A stretch of 64,000 nt of DNA, from assembly GCA_031292625.1 (NCBI GenBank), contig JARLGU010000058.1, positions 8,903 to 72,902 on the forward strand, in the 5' to 3' direction. Shown here in pieces: positions 45,673-53,698 of this stretch. The position numbers and the translations under genes are program-made. How positions within the stretch are numbered: the first letter of the stretch is position 1; each line of letters opens with the position of its first letter. Source of the DNA: Capsulimonadaceae bacterium (lineage in GTDB: Bacteria; Armatimonadota; Armatimonadia; Armatimonadales; Capsulimonadaceae). Below the pieces are notes generated by a model. The model searched no databases. It had not been told where the DNA came from and saw nothing but the letters and a program-made list of their open reading frames with translations.

Positions 45673-45701
45673 ATTATAGGCGATACAATAAAACTTGTCA
45701 A
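45673..45701 (-). promoter_or_regulatory. Consensus promoter TTGACA-17-TATAAT placed so that transcription would start at or next to the LacI ATG (leaderless)
   Basis: Minus strand: TTGACA (45701-45696), 17 nt, TATAAT (45678-45673), tggctt, ATG (45666). Confidence 0.5.
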
Positions 45702-45822
45702 TGTTTTATTAAATTTTATTATTGCGTTCAGTGAACACTTGCGCCGCGGCGTCCCTCATCTAAGGAGCGTTCGCGGCGCAAGGAAATCAACGTGGTCGTA
45801 TGGCGGCGTCACGCTGCATCCC

Positions 45823-47388
45823 CTACCAGGAGCGCAGCACGCCCTGGTTGTCGAGAAGCGACGCGAAATCGCCGAACAGCGCCTTGTCCTCGCGCACCTG
45901 ATGCGGGGTCACGCCGCGTTTCGTGCAGAATGCCGCAAGCAGGCCCGCCGATTCGCCGATATTCCACTCCACGGGATGGAGCCTGTAGCAACCGTTCGTG
46001 ATATGCGTCACGCCCAGGTTCTTGCACGCGGGCAGCAGGTTCTTCATGCGAACGGGCAGCAGCGAGCCGAGCGGGATCTGGAAATGGCGCGAATCGACGT
46101 CGATATAGTTGTCGTGGCCCGTGCTGGGATGCAGGTCGATTCGATAGTAACCGGTTCCGACGCTGTCATCGAACTTCACTGCCTTATCCCGTCCAGCCAG
46201 CTTAAGCATATCCGCCCCGACATGCTCTTCCTTCACCGTGAACACGGCCCGTATCCGGCGGCTCTCGCGGATATACGGGGCCATCGCCAGCCCATGGTCG
46301 GTCCCGGTCATGTCGCCGCGCAAATAGAGCCCCGGATTGCCAACGCCGCCATCCTGACGCGGCGCTTCCGTCTGCATCCAATACATCAGGCTGAGCGACA
46401 ACTCGCGCGCCTCCCTCAGCGCTTTCTCGACGACATCATCCGGCTTGTCGATGATATTGGTTAGCAAATAGTCGTTTTGAGGCCAGTTCACCAAAGTGAC
46501 GTCGTGCACATTCGCCGCGTCGGAGAAAATCGTGTTGCTGACGACCTGACGATACTTGAAGAGGCTTGCGTAATGCGGCGGCGGCATGAGAACACGGTCG
46601 TAGGGCTTGAGATCGATGGGGCCGATGGCGACCCAGCTGATCAGCTTTCCCGACCACGGGACAGGATGAAGGTCGGGCACGTAGTCGCGCCAGAACTCGT
46701 ACATCGCGGGCTTGTCGATGACGTGCTCGCCATCCGGATCGTAGCCCATGGCGAAGCACCAGGTGAGCGCCTGGACATTGTCCGGCTCATACTCATCGGC
46801 CGCGTGAAGTTCGCCGGTCTCGGACTTGGCCTCGGCGCCGGAGACGTATTCGACGCCGGCCAGCGGCAAGAGGTCGCCAAGTTCGGTCGCATCGAGAATA
46901 TACGGCGCCTCCAACGTTTCGACCGACCCGGTCTCCAAGTTGCGCACGTGAACCGCCGTGATGCGATCCCCCGCGACATCAGCCCCAACGGGTTTGCGGC
47001 GATAGAAGACCTGCAGCGCGCCGGTGAGCCGCGCAAAGGCGGTCATCTCATCGATCACGGCAACCGATACGCGCGGGTCGTGGCATAGCGCGGAGACATA
47101 TCCCGCTCCGGGGTTGAGCATCGGGTTTTCCCGCGCTTCTTGCGTGAGCGGAAAGTTGTTCCGGTAATAGGCGCGAACACGGTCGCGATAGGTCCGGTAG
47201 CGACGCGTCCGGCCGATGCTCTCGACCTGCCCGTGCTCGTCCGGCGGCACGGCCTGGCTGGTAAGCTGACCGCCAAGCCAGGTGGTCTCCTCGGTCATCG
47301 CGACACGAAGGCCAAGACTCGTTGCCGCGATCGCCGCAGCGCAACCACCGACGCCGCCGCCGACGATGACGATATCGTATTTCTTCAT
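45823..47388 (-). CDS. FAD-dependent oxidoreductase
   Basis: MKKYDIVIVGGGVGGCAAAIAA is a dinucleotide-binding GxGxxG motif. 521 aa. Confidence 0.8.
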   Translation of the reverse strand: MKKYDIVIVGGGVGGCAAAIAATSLGLRVAMTEETTWLGGQLTSQAVPPDEHGQVESIGRTRRYRTYRDRVRAYYRNNFPLTQEARENPMLNPGAGYVSALCHDPRVSVAVIDEMTAFARLTGALQVFYRRKPVGADVAGDRITAVHVRNLETGSVETLEAPYILDATELGDLLPLAGVEYVSGAEAKSETGELHAADEYEPDNVQALTWCFAMGYDPDGEHVIDKPAMYEFWRDYVPDLHPVPWSGKLISWVAIGPIDLKPYDRVLMPPPHYASLFKYRQVVSNTIFSDAANVHDVTLVNWPQNDYLLTNIIDKPDDVVEKALREARELSLSLMYWMQTEAPRQDGGVGNPGLYLRGDMTGTDHGLAMAPYIRESRRIRAVFTVKEEHVGADMLKLAGRDKAVKFDDSVGTGYYRIDLHPSTGHDNYIDVDSRHFQIPLGSLLPVRMKNLLPACKNLGVTHITNGCYRLHPVEWNIGESAGLLAAFCTKRGVTPHQVREDKALFGDFASLLDNQGVLRSW

Positions 47389-47669
47389 TCAGCACTCCAG
47401 AAATTGGAATTGATACGAACAAAGGGTTAGCGTAGAGGAAGCTAAAATCCTGCAGCAAGCGCTCAGGAAAGGTAGATGAGGCAAAACAGCCAGCCGGTTT
47501 AACGCTCAACCCTACCATCGCAGGGTCCGTCACTCCGTGCCGAAACGTTGGAGGCGACATCAACAGGAGAGCCGACTGGCTGTGACTCCATTTTACCATA
47601 GGTGGTAGAAATGGTCCAATCGCACGCAGTCGCGCAAAAATCCCATAAATGCGAAGAGCATTGCGGCCG

Positions 47670-48341
47670 CTACAAGGAATATCCGACGCCCGCTGCCGCG
47701 ATCGTAATCGTACTCGCGTTGTCGATCGCAAGGCGCGTGACGGACATATTCAAGCTCCATATGGAACTCACGGGCCAGGCGAGCGAGCCTGCAACCGAGT
47801 ATGCGTTATTCTCCCCGCTGTCCTGGTGACGATCGGTCGCAATCGACAACCCAGCAACCGGTCCACGATGCGTCCTGCCTGACCTGCTGAGCGGCACAGA
47901 CGTAACGAGGCCCACTTCGGTCCAATTGCCGCGATTGACTAGGGACGCGTCCTCCAGGCGTACCGATAGAACGCCAAGCATAACGCCGAAATTGACGCTG
48001 GGATTCATAACGGGAAGATCCGTCGCGTGCAGTTCGTACCAGGTCGATTCCAGATGGCTTGATGCCTGCTTCTGCCGATCCGATGCAAACCACCCTCCCG
48101 CGAAAATTTTGTCGGTTACCGGTGCATCGACCGCGAAGATTGGGCTGACCTGGGCGAACTTCAGATCGCTCAGGCCTGCGCGCGCAAACTGGAAATATCC
48201 GCCTTGCAGCGTCATTTCAGGCTGCGCGACGGCTGCCGAAGCGGCGTTCGACGGAGCCCGCAACGGCAACGGCTCAAACCCCTGCGCAAGGACAGGATGC
48301 GCAAACGCAAAGCAAAGAAGGGCAACGATCACAATTCTCAT
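47670..48341 (-). CDS. Secreted hypothetical protein, possibly a small beta-barrel
   Basis: From ATG 48341: signal peptide MRIVIVALLCFAFAHPVLAQ. Alternating hydrophobic pattern toward the C-terminus. The 55-aa N-terminal extension in the track was rejected. Confidence 0.4.
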   Translation of the reverse strand: MRIVIVALLCFAFAHPVLAQGFEPLPLRAPSNAASAAVAQPEMTLQGGYFQFARAGLSDLKFAQVSPIFAVDAPVTDKIFAGGWFASDRQKQASSHLESTWYELHATDLPVMNPSVNFGVMLGVLSVRLEDASLVNRGNWTEVGLVTSVPLSRSGRTHRGPVAGLSIATDRHQDSGENNAYSVAGSLAWPVSSIWSLNMSVTRLAIDNASTITIAAAGVGYSL

Positions 48342-48393
48342 AGGCGGACATCCTTGTTCTTTGACCACCGATGAGCAAAAGCCTTCAATTTGA

Positions 48394-49644
48394 TCAAGGG
48401 TCGCGCTTGCTGCCAGTGGCGAAGTAGAGCAGCGATAGGATCGGCAGCGCACATCCGATAGAGGATGCCGCAGGCCAACCGCCGCGCGCAAAGGCAAAGC
48501 CGCCAAGCGCCGAACCGATCGCGCCTCCGCCGAAAAAGATCGCCATATACAGCCCGGTCAGCCTGCCGCGATGTTCGGCGCCCAGAGCATAAATGGCCCG
48601 TTGACCAAGCACCAGGTTTGCGGTAACGCCAAAATCGAGGAGCACCGCAGCCAGCACGAATATGGCAAGAGACAAGGGAGATCCGGCTCGGCCAATGTGG
48701 GTCATCGAAAATGCGACAACCACGACCAACATCGCGAGCACCGTCGCTGGGCGGCTCAATCCGCGATCCGCGCCCCGACCTGCAATCGGAGCGGAAATTG
48801 CCCCCGCAACGCCCGCGAGCGCGAACCAACCTATTCCGGCCTGCGACAGATGGAACGCAGGTCCCGCCAGCAGAAGAGGCGTCGTCGTCCAAAACAGACT
48901 GAACGCCCCGAAGAGAAATGCGTGGTAAATCGACCGACGCTGCAGAATAGGCGTCGTCGTCAGAAGTTCCCCCATCGACATCAGAAGATCCCGGTAGCGC
49001 AACTGGGAAACAGGCATCCGCGCGGGCATTGCGCGGCCGATCAGGAGGATGAGTAGGACCATCACGATCGCGGAGAAAATGAATACGACGCGCCAGGATG
49101 ACACATGGGCAATAAAGCTAGCAGTCGGTCGCGCCAGCATTATTCCGAGCATTAGCCCGCTCATGACGTTGCCAACCACTCGCCCGCGCGTGGCATCCGG
49201 CGCAAGATGCGCCGCATAGGGAACAATGATTTGCACGGCCACCGAGGAAAAACCGATCAGCAGCGCCGCAGCCAGGAACTGCGACGGCGATCTGGCGAGC
49301 GCGCCCACGATCAACGCGACAGCGCAGGCCCCTGTTACAGTCAAAATTAACCGACGGTTTTCAATGAGATCGCCGAGTGGGACGATCAACAGCAATCCGA
49401 TGCCGTAGCCTAGCTGAGTCATTGTCACGATCAGCCCAGCGGCCACGGGGGAAAGACCAAGCGCACGGCTAATCGGACCGGCAAGCGGCTGAGCGTAATA
49501 AAGGTTGGCAACGATCAAGCCGCATGCCGTCGCCAGGAGAAGCGTCAACCAACGCGGGATGCCTTGTCGTGCAACCGAAAGCGCCCCACAAACCGCCGAT
49601 TCGTCCGCCATTTCGCCCGCGTCGACTTCTAACTTCGCACTCAT
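48394..49644 (-). CDS. MFS transporter
   Basis: 416 aa with about 12 hydrophobic segments. [21 protein letters not shown] resembles the MFS loop 2-3 motif. ATGA overlap with folE (49641-49644). Confidence 0.8.
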   Translation of the reverse strand: MSAKLEVDAGEMADESAVCGALSVARQGIPRWLTLLLATACGLIVANLYYAQPLAGPISRALGLSPVAAGLIVTMTQLGYGIGLLLIVPLGDLIENRRLILTVTGACAVALIVGALARSPSQFLAAALLIGFSSVAVQIIVPYAAHLAPDATRGRVVGNVMSGLMLGIMLARPTASFIAHVSSWRVVFIFSAIVMVLLILLIGRAMPARMPVSQLRYRDLLMSMGELLTTTPILQRRSIYHAFLFGAFSLFWTTTPLLLAGPAFHLSQAGIGWFALAGVAGAISAPIAGRGADRGLSRPATVLAMLVVVVAFSMTHIGRAGSPLSLAIFVLAAVLLDFGVTANLVLGQRAIYALGAEHRGRLTGLYMAIFFGGGAIGSALGGFAFARGGWPAASSIGCALPILSLLYFATGSKRDP

Positions 49645-50309
49645 GCCTGCACGTTTGCGCCCTTCACGATCGCCATGAACTCAGAGCGCGTGCGGCGGTC
49701 TTCGCGGAACTCGCCCATTACGTGGCTGGTTACCATGGACGCATTTTGCTTCTGGACCCCGCGCATCATCATGCACATATGCATCCCCTCGACGACGACC
49801 GCGACGCCGCGAGGACTGAGCGCCGTCTCCAGCGCCTCCGCGATCTCCTTGGTCAGACGCTCCTGCACCTGGAGGCGACGCGCAAACATGTCCACCAGAC
49901 GCGGGATCTTGGAAAGGCCGACGATCTTGCCTTTGGGGATATAGCCAACGTGCACCTTGCCGAAAAACGGAAGCAGGTGGTGTTCGCACAGGCTGTAAAA
50001 CTCGATGTCTCGTACGACGACCATGTCGTCGTACGTCTCGTCGAACACCGCGCCGTTGAGCAAGGTTTGCACATTCTGGTCGTAGCCGCCAGTCAAAAAC
50101 TTCATCGCATTTGCTGCCCGATGCGGCGTTTTCAGGAGGCCTTCGCGACCGGGATTTTCGCCCACGGCCGTAAGAATATCCCGGTAGCGGCTTTCAAGAT
50201 CGACACCGGCGGGGGAAATTTGACGAACCAAACCCTCCATGACGTCTTCGTCTTCATTTAGGAAACCGTCGATAACCCCATGTCCATTGTGTGAATGAGC
50301 CACTGTCAT
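49641..50309 (-). CDS. folE: GTP cyclohydrolase I
   Basis: [18 protein letters not shown]...[50 protein letters not shown]. Confidence 0.9.
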   Translation of the reverse strand: MTVAHSHNGHGVIDGFLNEDEDVMEGLVRQISPAGVDLESRYRDILTAVGENPGREGLLKTPHRAANAMKFLTGGYDQNVQTLLNGAVFDETYDDMVVVRDIEFYSLCEHHLLPFFGKVHVGYIPKGKIVGLSKIPRLVDMFARRLQVQERLTKEIAEALETALSPRGVAVVVEGMHMCMMMRGVQKQNASMVTSHVMGEFREDRRTRSEFMAIVKGANVQA

Positions 50310-50367
50310 ACCTGCTTTCCGGCCGCCGCCTCGCGTCCCGCGAATCTTTCATGCTTCAGCATGGCCA

Positions 50368-51219
50368 TCAAATTTCCTCGCCGCGATATTCAAAGGAGTT
50401 CCGCGCCGTTTCCCGCACCAGCACCTTCGATAAACGCGGATTCCCCGAGACCGAAATTCGCCTGGCCAGCCTTTCCCAGATCACGACCGTCAGCACCTCG
50501 CTGGTCGGGTTCCGATCCGCGAAATCCGGGACGTCCAGGTTCAAATGCTTGTGGTCAAATGGAAGCAGCACCTCTTCCTCGACAACCTGGTCCAGGGCTT
50601 CCAGCGAATATAACATTCCGGTGCGCTCGTCCGGTTCCCCGGATATCGTAACCTCAACCTCATAATTGTGTCCGTGGCCATTGGGGTTGTTACACTTGCC
50701 GAAAATCTCCCGGTTCTCATCGTCGGTGAGCTTCTTGCTGTGCAACCGGTGAGATGCCGAAAAATCGTAGGCGCGCGTCAAGCTGACCGACATAGTCTCT
50801 CCTCGTTTCGTTCGATCCGCCCACAGATCCGTAGTCTCCCAAACCCGAACGCCAGTAAGCGCAACGCCCGTGGGCAGCCTCGGCGACGTACGCTCGAAGA
50901 CAAAGGCGCTGATGTTCTCGAGCGTCGCGGGACGGGTCAAAAAGTATTCGACTTCTTTGTTCAGGAAACGGCCATCGAGAACGGCAACAACTTCCGATTT
51001 CAGGATGTGATCGATTTCGGCGATATTAACGACCATCCCCGTTCGTTCATCCAACCCGCCAGACGCGGTCACTTCAACAAGATAGTTGTGACCATGTCCC
51101 TCAGCCCTCGCATAAGCCCCGAACAGCGATTCGTTCTGTTCTAGGCTCAATCCGTTTATCCAGTAATTGTGCGCTGCCGAAAACCGGACACGCCGTTTAA
51201 GATCCACAATCATCATCAT
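50368..51219 (-). CDS. Tandem two-domain 6-pyruvoyl-tetrahydropterin synthase / QueD-family (T-fold) protein
   Basis: Domain 1: VRFSAAHNYW...FGAYARAEGHGHNYLVEVT, with no Cys before the GHGH. Domain 2: YDFSASHRLHS...FGKCNNPNGHGHNYEVEVT, the PTPS-II type CNNPNGHGHNY motif. Start is one of three consecutive ATGs (51219, 51216, 51213); the track start is 51276. Confidence 0.8.
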   Translation of the reverse strand: MMMIVDLKRRVRFSAAHNYWINGLSLEQNESLFGAYARAEGHGHNYLVEVTASGGLDERTGMVVNIAEIDHILKSEVVAVLDGRFLNKEVEYFLTRPATLENISAFVFERTSPRLPTGVALTGVRVWETTDLWADRTKRGETMSVSLTRAYDFSASHRLHSKKLTDDENREIFGKCNNPNGHGHNYEVEVTISGEPDERTGMLYSLEALDQVVEEEVLLPFDHKHLNLDVPDFADRNPTSEVLTVVIWERLARRISVSGNPRLSKVLVRETARNSFEYRGEEI

Positions 51220-51276
51220 TGCAACAAACCGGCCTCGGAGTTCGTTCCAAACCCAATCGCGTGGATTGTACCGCAA

Positions 51277-51945
51277 TCAATCGAATGGAATGTCAGGCGG
51301 CTTCAGGACAACGCCAGCGGCGGCGCACGCACGGAAATAGTTTGTGACCTGGTCCATATACAATGGGCGATAGGCAATTCCCGCATACGCGCGTGTCGGA
51401 CATGGCAGATGGATCGCGACGCCAAGCGACCGCATGAGCTCATCGACCAAAGCCCGTTCTTCCGGTGACGTAAAGACGATCTTCTTTAGTCCGTCGAGAT
51501 CCGCCGCGTATTTGACGAGCAATTCCCGGCTGGGAAGACGGCCATGCGCGAGCGGTTTTAGGTCGCCGGTCTCGCAGACCGGCGAGACATCGAAACACGA
51601 CTTGCTCCGCCATGCCTTTGTGTTCGTCGCGATTGAGCCGCTGCCGGCGAGACGCACCAGCGAGGCGGCATCGAACTCAAGCACAACGTGAGGGTAGCCC
51701 TTTCTCAGCTTATCGAGCAGCAGCGGACTTTCCAGCCGCAGTGCAAAGTGGATGTAGCAGCCCAGGCCAAGCATCCGGTCTCGACGCACGGCGGAAGAGC
51801 GCGGAAGAATCCCCCGTGAGATCATGACATCCTTGGCGTAAAGCGCGCCATCGGCGAGAATCGACGGAAGGTAGTGTAAAGGCGTCGCGTGGTACGCCGT
51901 TGACGGTTTGGCACAAGCTGGGATCGCCGTGGATGGACCAGACAT
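51277..51945 (-). CDS. DarT/DUF4433-like ADP-ribosyltransferase-fold protein (tentative) with a ~60-aa C-terminal extension
   Basis: AYHATPLHYLPSILADGALYAKD (cf. DarT YHxTHxxNLxSILxxGxL), RRDRMLGLGCYIHFAL (cf. YVPFYF), SRELLVKYAADLDGLKKIVF (cf. AEFLV...I.V). Candidate H-Y-E residues are H19, Y64 and E141. GGAGGA lies 7 nt upstream of the ATG. Assignment is by motif memory only. Confidence 0.45.
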   Translation of the reverse strand: MSGPSTAIPACAKPSTAYHATPLHYLPSILADGALYAKDVMISRGILPRSSAVRRDRMLGLGCYIHFALRLESPLLLDKLRKGYPHVVLEFDAASLVRLAGSGSIATNTKAWRSKSCFDVSPVCETGDLKPLAHGRLPSRELLVKYAADLDGLKKIVFTSPEERALVDELMRSLGVAIHLPCPTRAYAGIAYRPLYMDQVTNYFRACAAAGVVLKPPDIPFD

Positions 51946-52078
51946 GGTTTATCCTCCGAACAAGATACTCAGCAACGACGCCCTTTTCCGGCAACGTGCG
52001 CGCCGCGCAAATCGGGTCCGCTCGCATTGACGCAAGCGCGTCGCCACGCTATACTGAGTCAATCGGAGGATAACCGTC

Positions 52079-53104
52079 ATGATCGGCATCGTCAAACCCG
52101 TCGCCGGACAGGTTTTCCAGCGGCATGGGTTTTCGTCTGCTCGCGCGGCGCTCAACCATCCAGGCGGCGCGGATCTGGGCTATGGAGTCGTGTCCATCGT
52201 TCTAAGCGTTTGCGAAATCTCCGGGGGAACCTGGGAATACCGGGTCGACCCGATCGGCGAATGTGAATTGAACGTCCAGGATTGGCGTCCGCTCGACGTG
52301 ATGATCGCGGGAGAAACCGGCGTCGCCAATGCCCGCGTCCCGGCCGGCGGCTGGCGACAAATTACGATTCGCTGGGGCCGCAACGGCAACTGGCTCACGG
52401 AAACGACGACGCCTCCAATTGCAGCCGGCGAAATATTCCTGATTGCCGGCGACTCGGTCTCGCACGGTCAAACCCGGATGCCCGCGCCCCCGTGCGCGGC
52501 AAGCAACCGGATTTCGGTCATGGACCTCGCAAGCGGCAAATGGCATCAGGACGATGATCGGCAACCCTCCGCAACTTGGCCGGTCTGGCATCAGACCTTC
52601 GATAACCTGAGTACTCTCGCCCGCGTGCCGATCGGCGTCATCGATGTGTCGCGTCCGGCAACCCCGGCAGTCGCGTGGCGGCCGGGAACACAGCCGTACG
52701 CGAAGCTAAAGCGAGCAGGCGAATGCGCCGATCGGTTTCGCGCCGTCCTCTGGCAAACAGGACTTACCGACGTTGAATGCGCAATAGAGGCCGATGAATA
52801 CGTGCGGACCATGGTCACAATTCGGGACAGCGCGTTGAAAGATTGGGGATTTACCCCCAGTTGGCTGATCGGAACATGCACCTACGGCGCCGGCGCGGCG
52901 GACGTCACCGCCCAGACAGGGATTCGGCGAGCCGTACAGATGTTGTGCAAAACCCCGGGATTCGAATCGGGCGCTGATCTTGACCTCCTCGATCCTGAAT
53001 GCCGCTTACCCCCGGACGGCCTGGGCGGGCTCAATTCGCGCGGAGAAGATCTCGCATCGCTTGCGTGGTTCGCCGCAATCTGGCCTCTCATCGCAGGACG
53101 ATAA
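52079..53104 (+). CDS. Hypothetical protein, possible SGNH/GDSL-like (carbohydrate esterase-like) hydrolase
   Basis: 341 aa. IFLIAGDSVSHGQ resembles SGNH block I. Promoter-like TTGACG-17-TATACT and GGAGGA lie upstream. Weak assignment. Confidence 0.35.
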   Translation: MIGIVKPVAGQVFQRHGFSSARAALNHPGGADLGYGVVSIVLSVCEISGGTWEYRVDPIGECELNVQDWRPLDVMIAGETGVANARVPAGGWRQITIRWGRNGNWLTETTTPPIAAGEIFLIAGDSVSHGQTRMPAPPCAASNRISVMDLASGKWHQDDDRQPSATWPVWHQTFDNLSTLARVPIGVIDVSRPATPAVAWRPGTQPYAKLKRAGECADRFRAVLWQTGLTDVECAIEADEYVRTMVTIRDSALKDWGFTPSWLIGTCTYGAGAADVTAQTGIRRAVQMLCKTPGFESGADLDLLDPECRLPPDGLGGLNSRGEDLASLAWFAAIWPLIAGR

Positions 53105-53134
53105 CCTCGTGGCAATAATCCGTAAGAATACGGA

Positions 53135-53164
53135 TTGACATTTATAATTCAATAGTGTACTATT
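53135..53164 (+). promoter_or_regulatory. Promoter TTGACA-17-TACTAT overlapped by the perfect inverted repeat AATAGT-gt-ACTATT (candidate MarR auto-operator)
   Basis: TTGACA 53135-53140. Palindrome 53151-53164 covers the -10 box. ATG of the MarR gene is at 53170. Confidence 0.5.
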
Positions 53165-53169
53165 AACTC

Positions 53170-53601
53170 ATGAACGACTTTGAGCAATGCCCTACGGAAG
53201 GGGCGATCGGGCTTCTGTCTCTGCTCATCACGCGCGGACGCCTTGCTGAAGCGCGGCTTGACGGCTCCCTGGCCGCAGCGGGGCTTACGTTCGTCAAATG
53301 GCGGGCGCTCGACGCCCTTATTAAATCAGAGACCGCGACTGGCCTGACAGTGCTCGCCGACAAACTGAATTGCGTCAAGTCCAATGTCACCCAGCTTGTC
53401 GACAAATTGGAAGCGGAAGGCATTGTCCGCCGCGTCCCGGACCCAGGCGACCGGCGCGGCACATTGGTTGAGTTGACCGGCGCAGGGCGCGGTCTGCACA
53501 AAGCCGGTCGCGACGCGCTTGAAAACGCCACCCGTCAGCTCTTCGCGTCATTCGACGAAGACGCGATGGCCTCTCTTCGCCGTCTCCTCATCTTGCTTTA
53601 G
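53170..53601 (+). CDS. MarR family transcriptional regulator
   Basis: 143 aa. LTFVKWRALDALIKS...LTVLADKLNCVKSNVTQLVDKLEAEGIVRRVPDPGDRRGTLVELT is a winged HTH. Confidence 0.85.
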   Translation: MNDFEQCPTEGAIGLLSLLITRGRLAEARLDGSLAAAGLTFVKWRALDALIKSETATGLTVLADKLNCVKSNVTQLVDKLEAEGIVRRVPDPGDRRGTLVELTGAGRGLHKAGRDALENATRQLFASFDEDAMASLRRLLILL

Positions 53602-53637
53602 ACTGACAAATCAATCGTTTGCCTGGTAAGAGCCAAC

Positions 53638-53660
53638 GAGAACGAATGTTCGTGTATAAT
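53638..53660 (+). promoter_or_regulatory. LexA (Cheo-type) SOS box GAAC-N4-GTTC abutting a TATAAT -10 box upstream of dnaE2
   Basis: cgAGAACGAATGTTCGTGTATAAT: GAAC 53640-53643, GTTC 53648-53651, TATAAT 53655-53660. ATG is at 53699. Confidence 0.6.
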
Positions 53661-53698
53661 AGGAATCCAGCCCGTGCGCAACGGACGGATTTCTAACC

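Noticed and set aside
45049-46464. 471-aa plus-strand ORF
   Set aside because: It is antisense to the well-supported LacI (44530-45666) and FAD-oxidoreductase (45823-47388) genes and spans their intergenic promoter. Its Arg/His-rich composition is typical of shadow ORFs in high-GC DNA.
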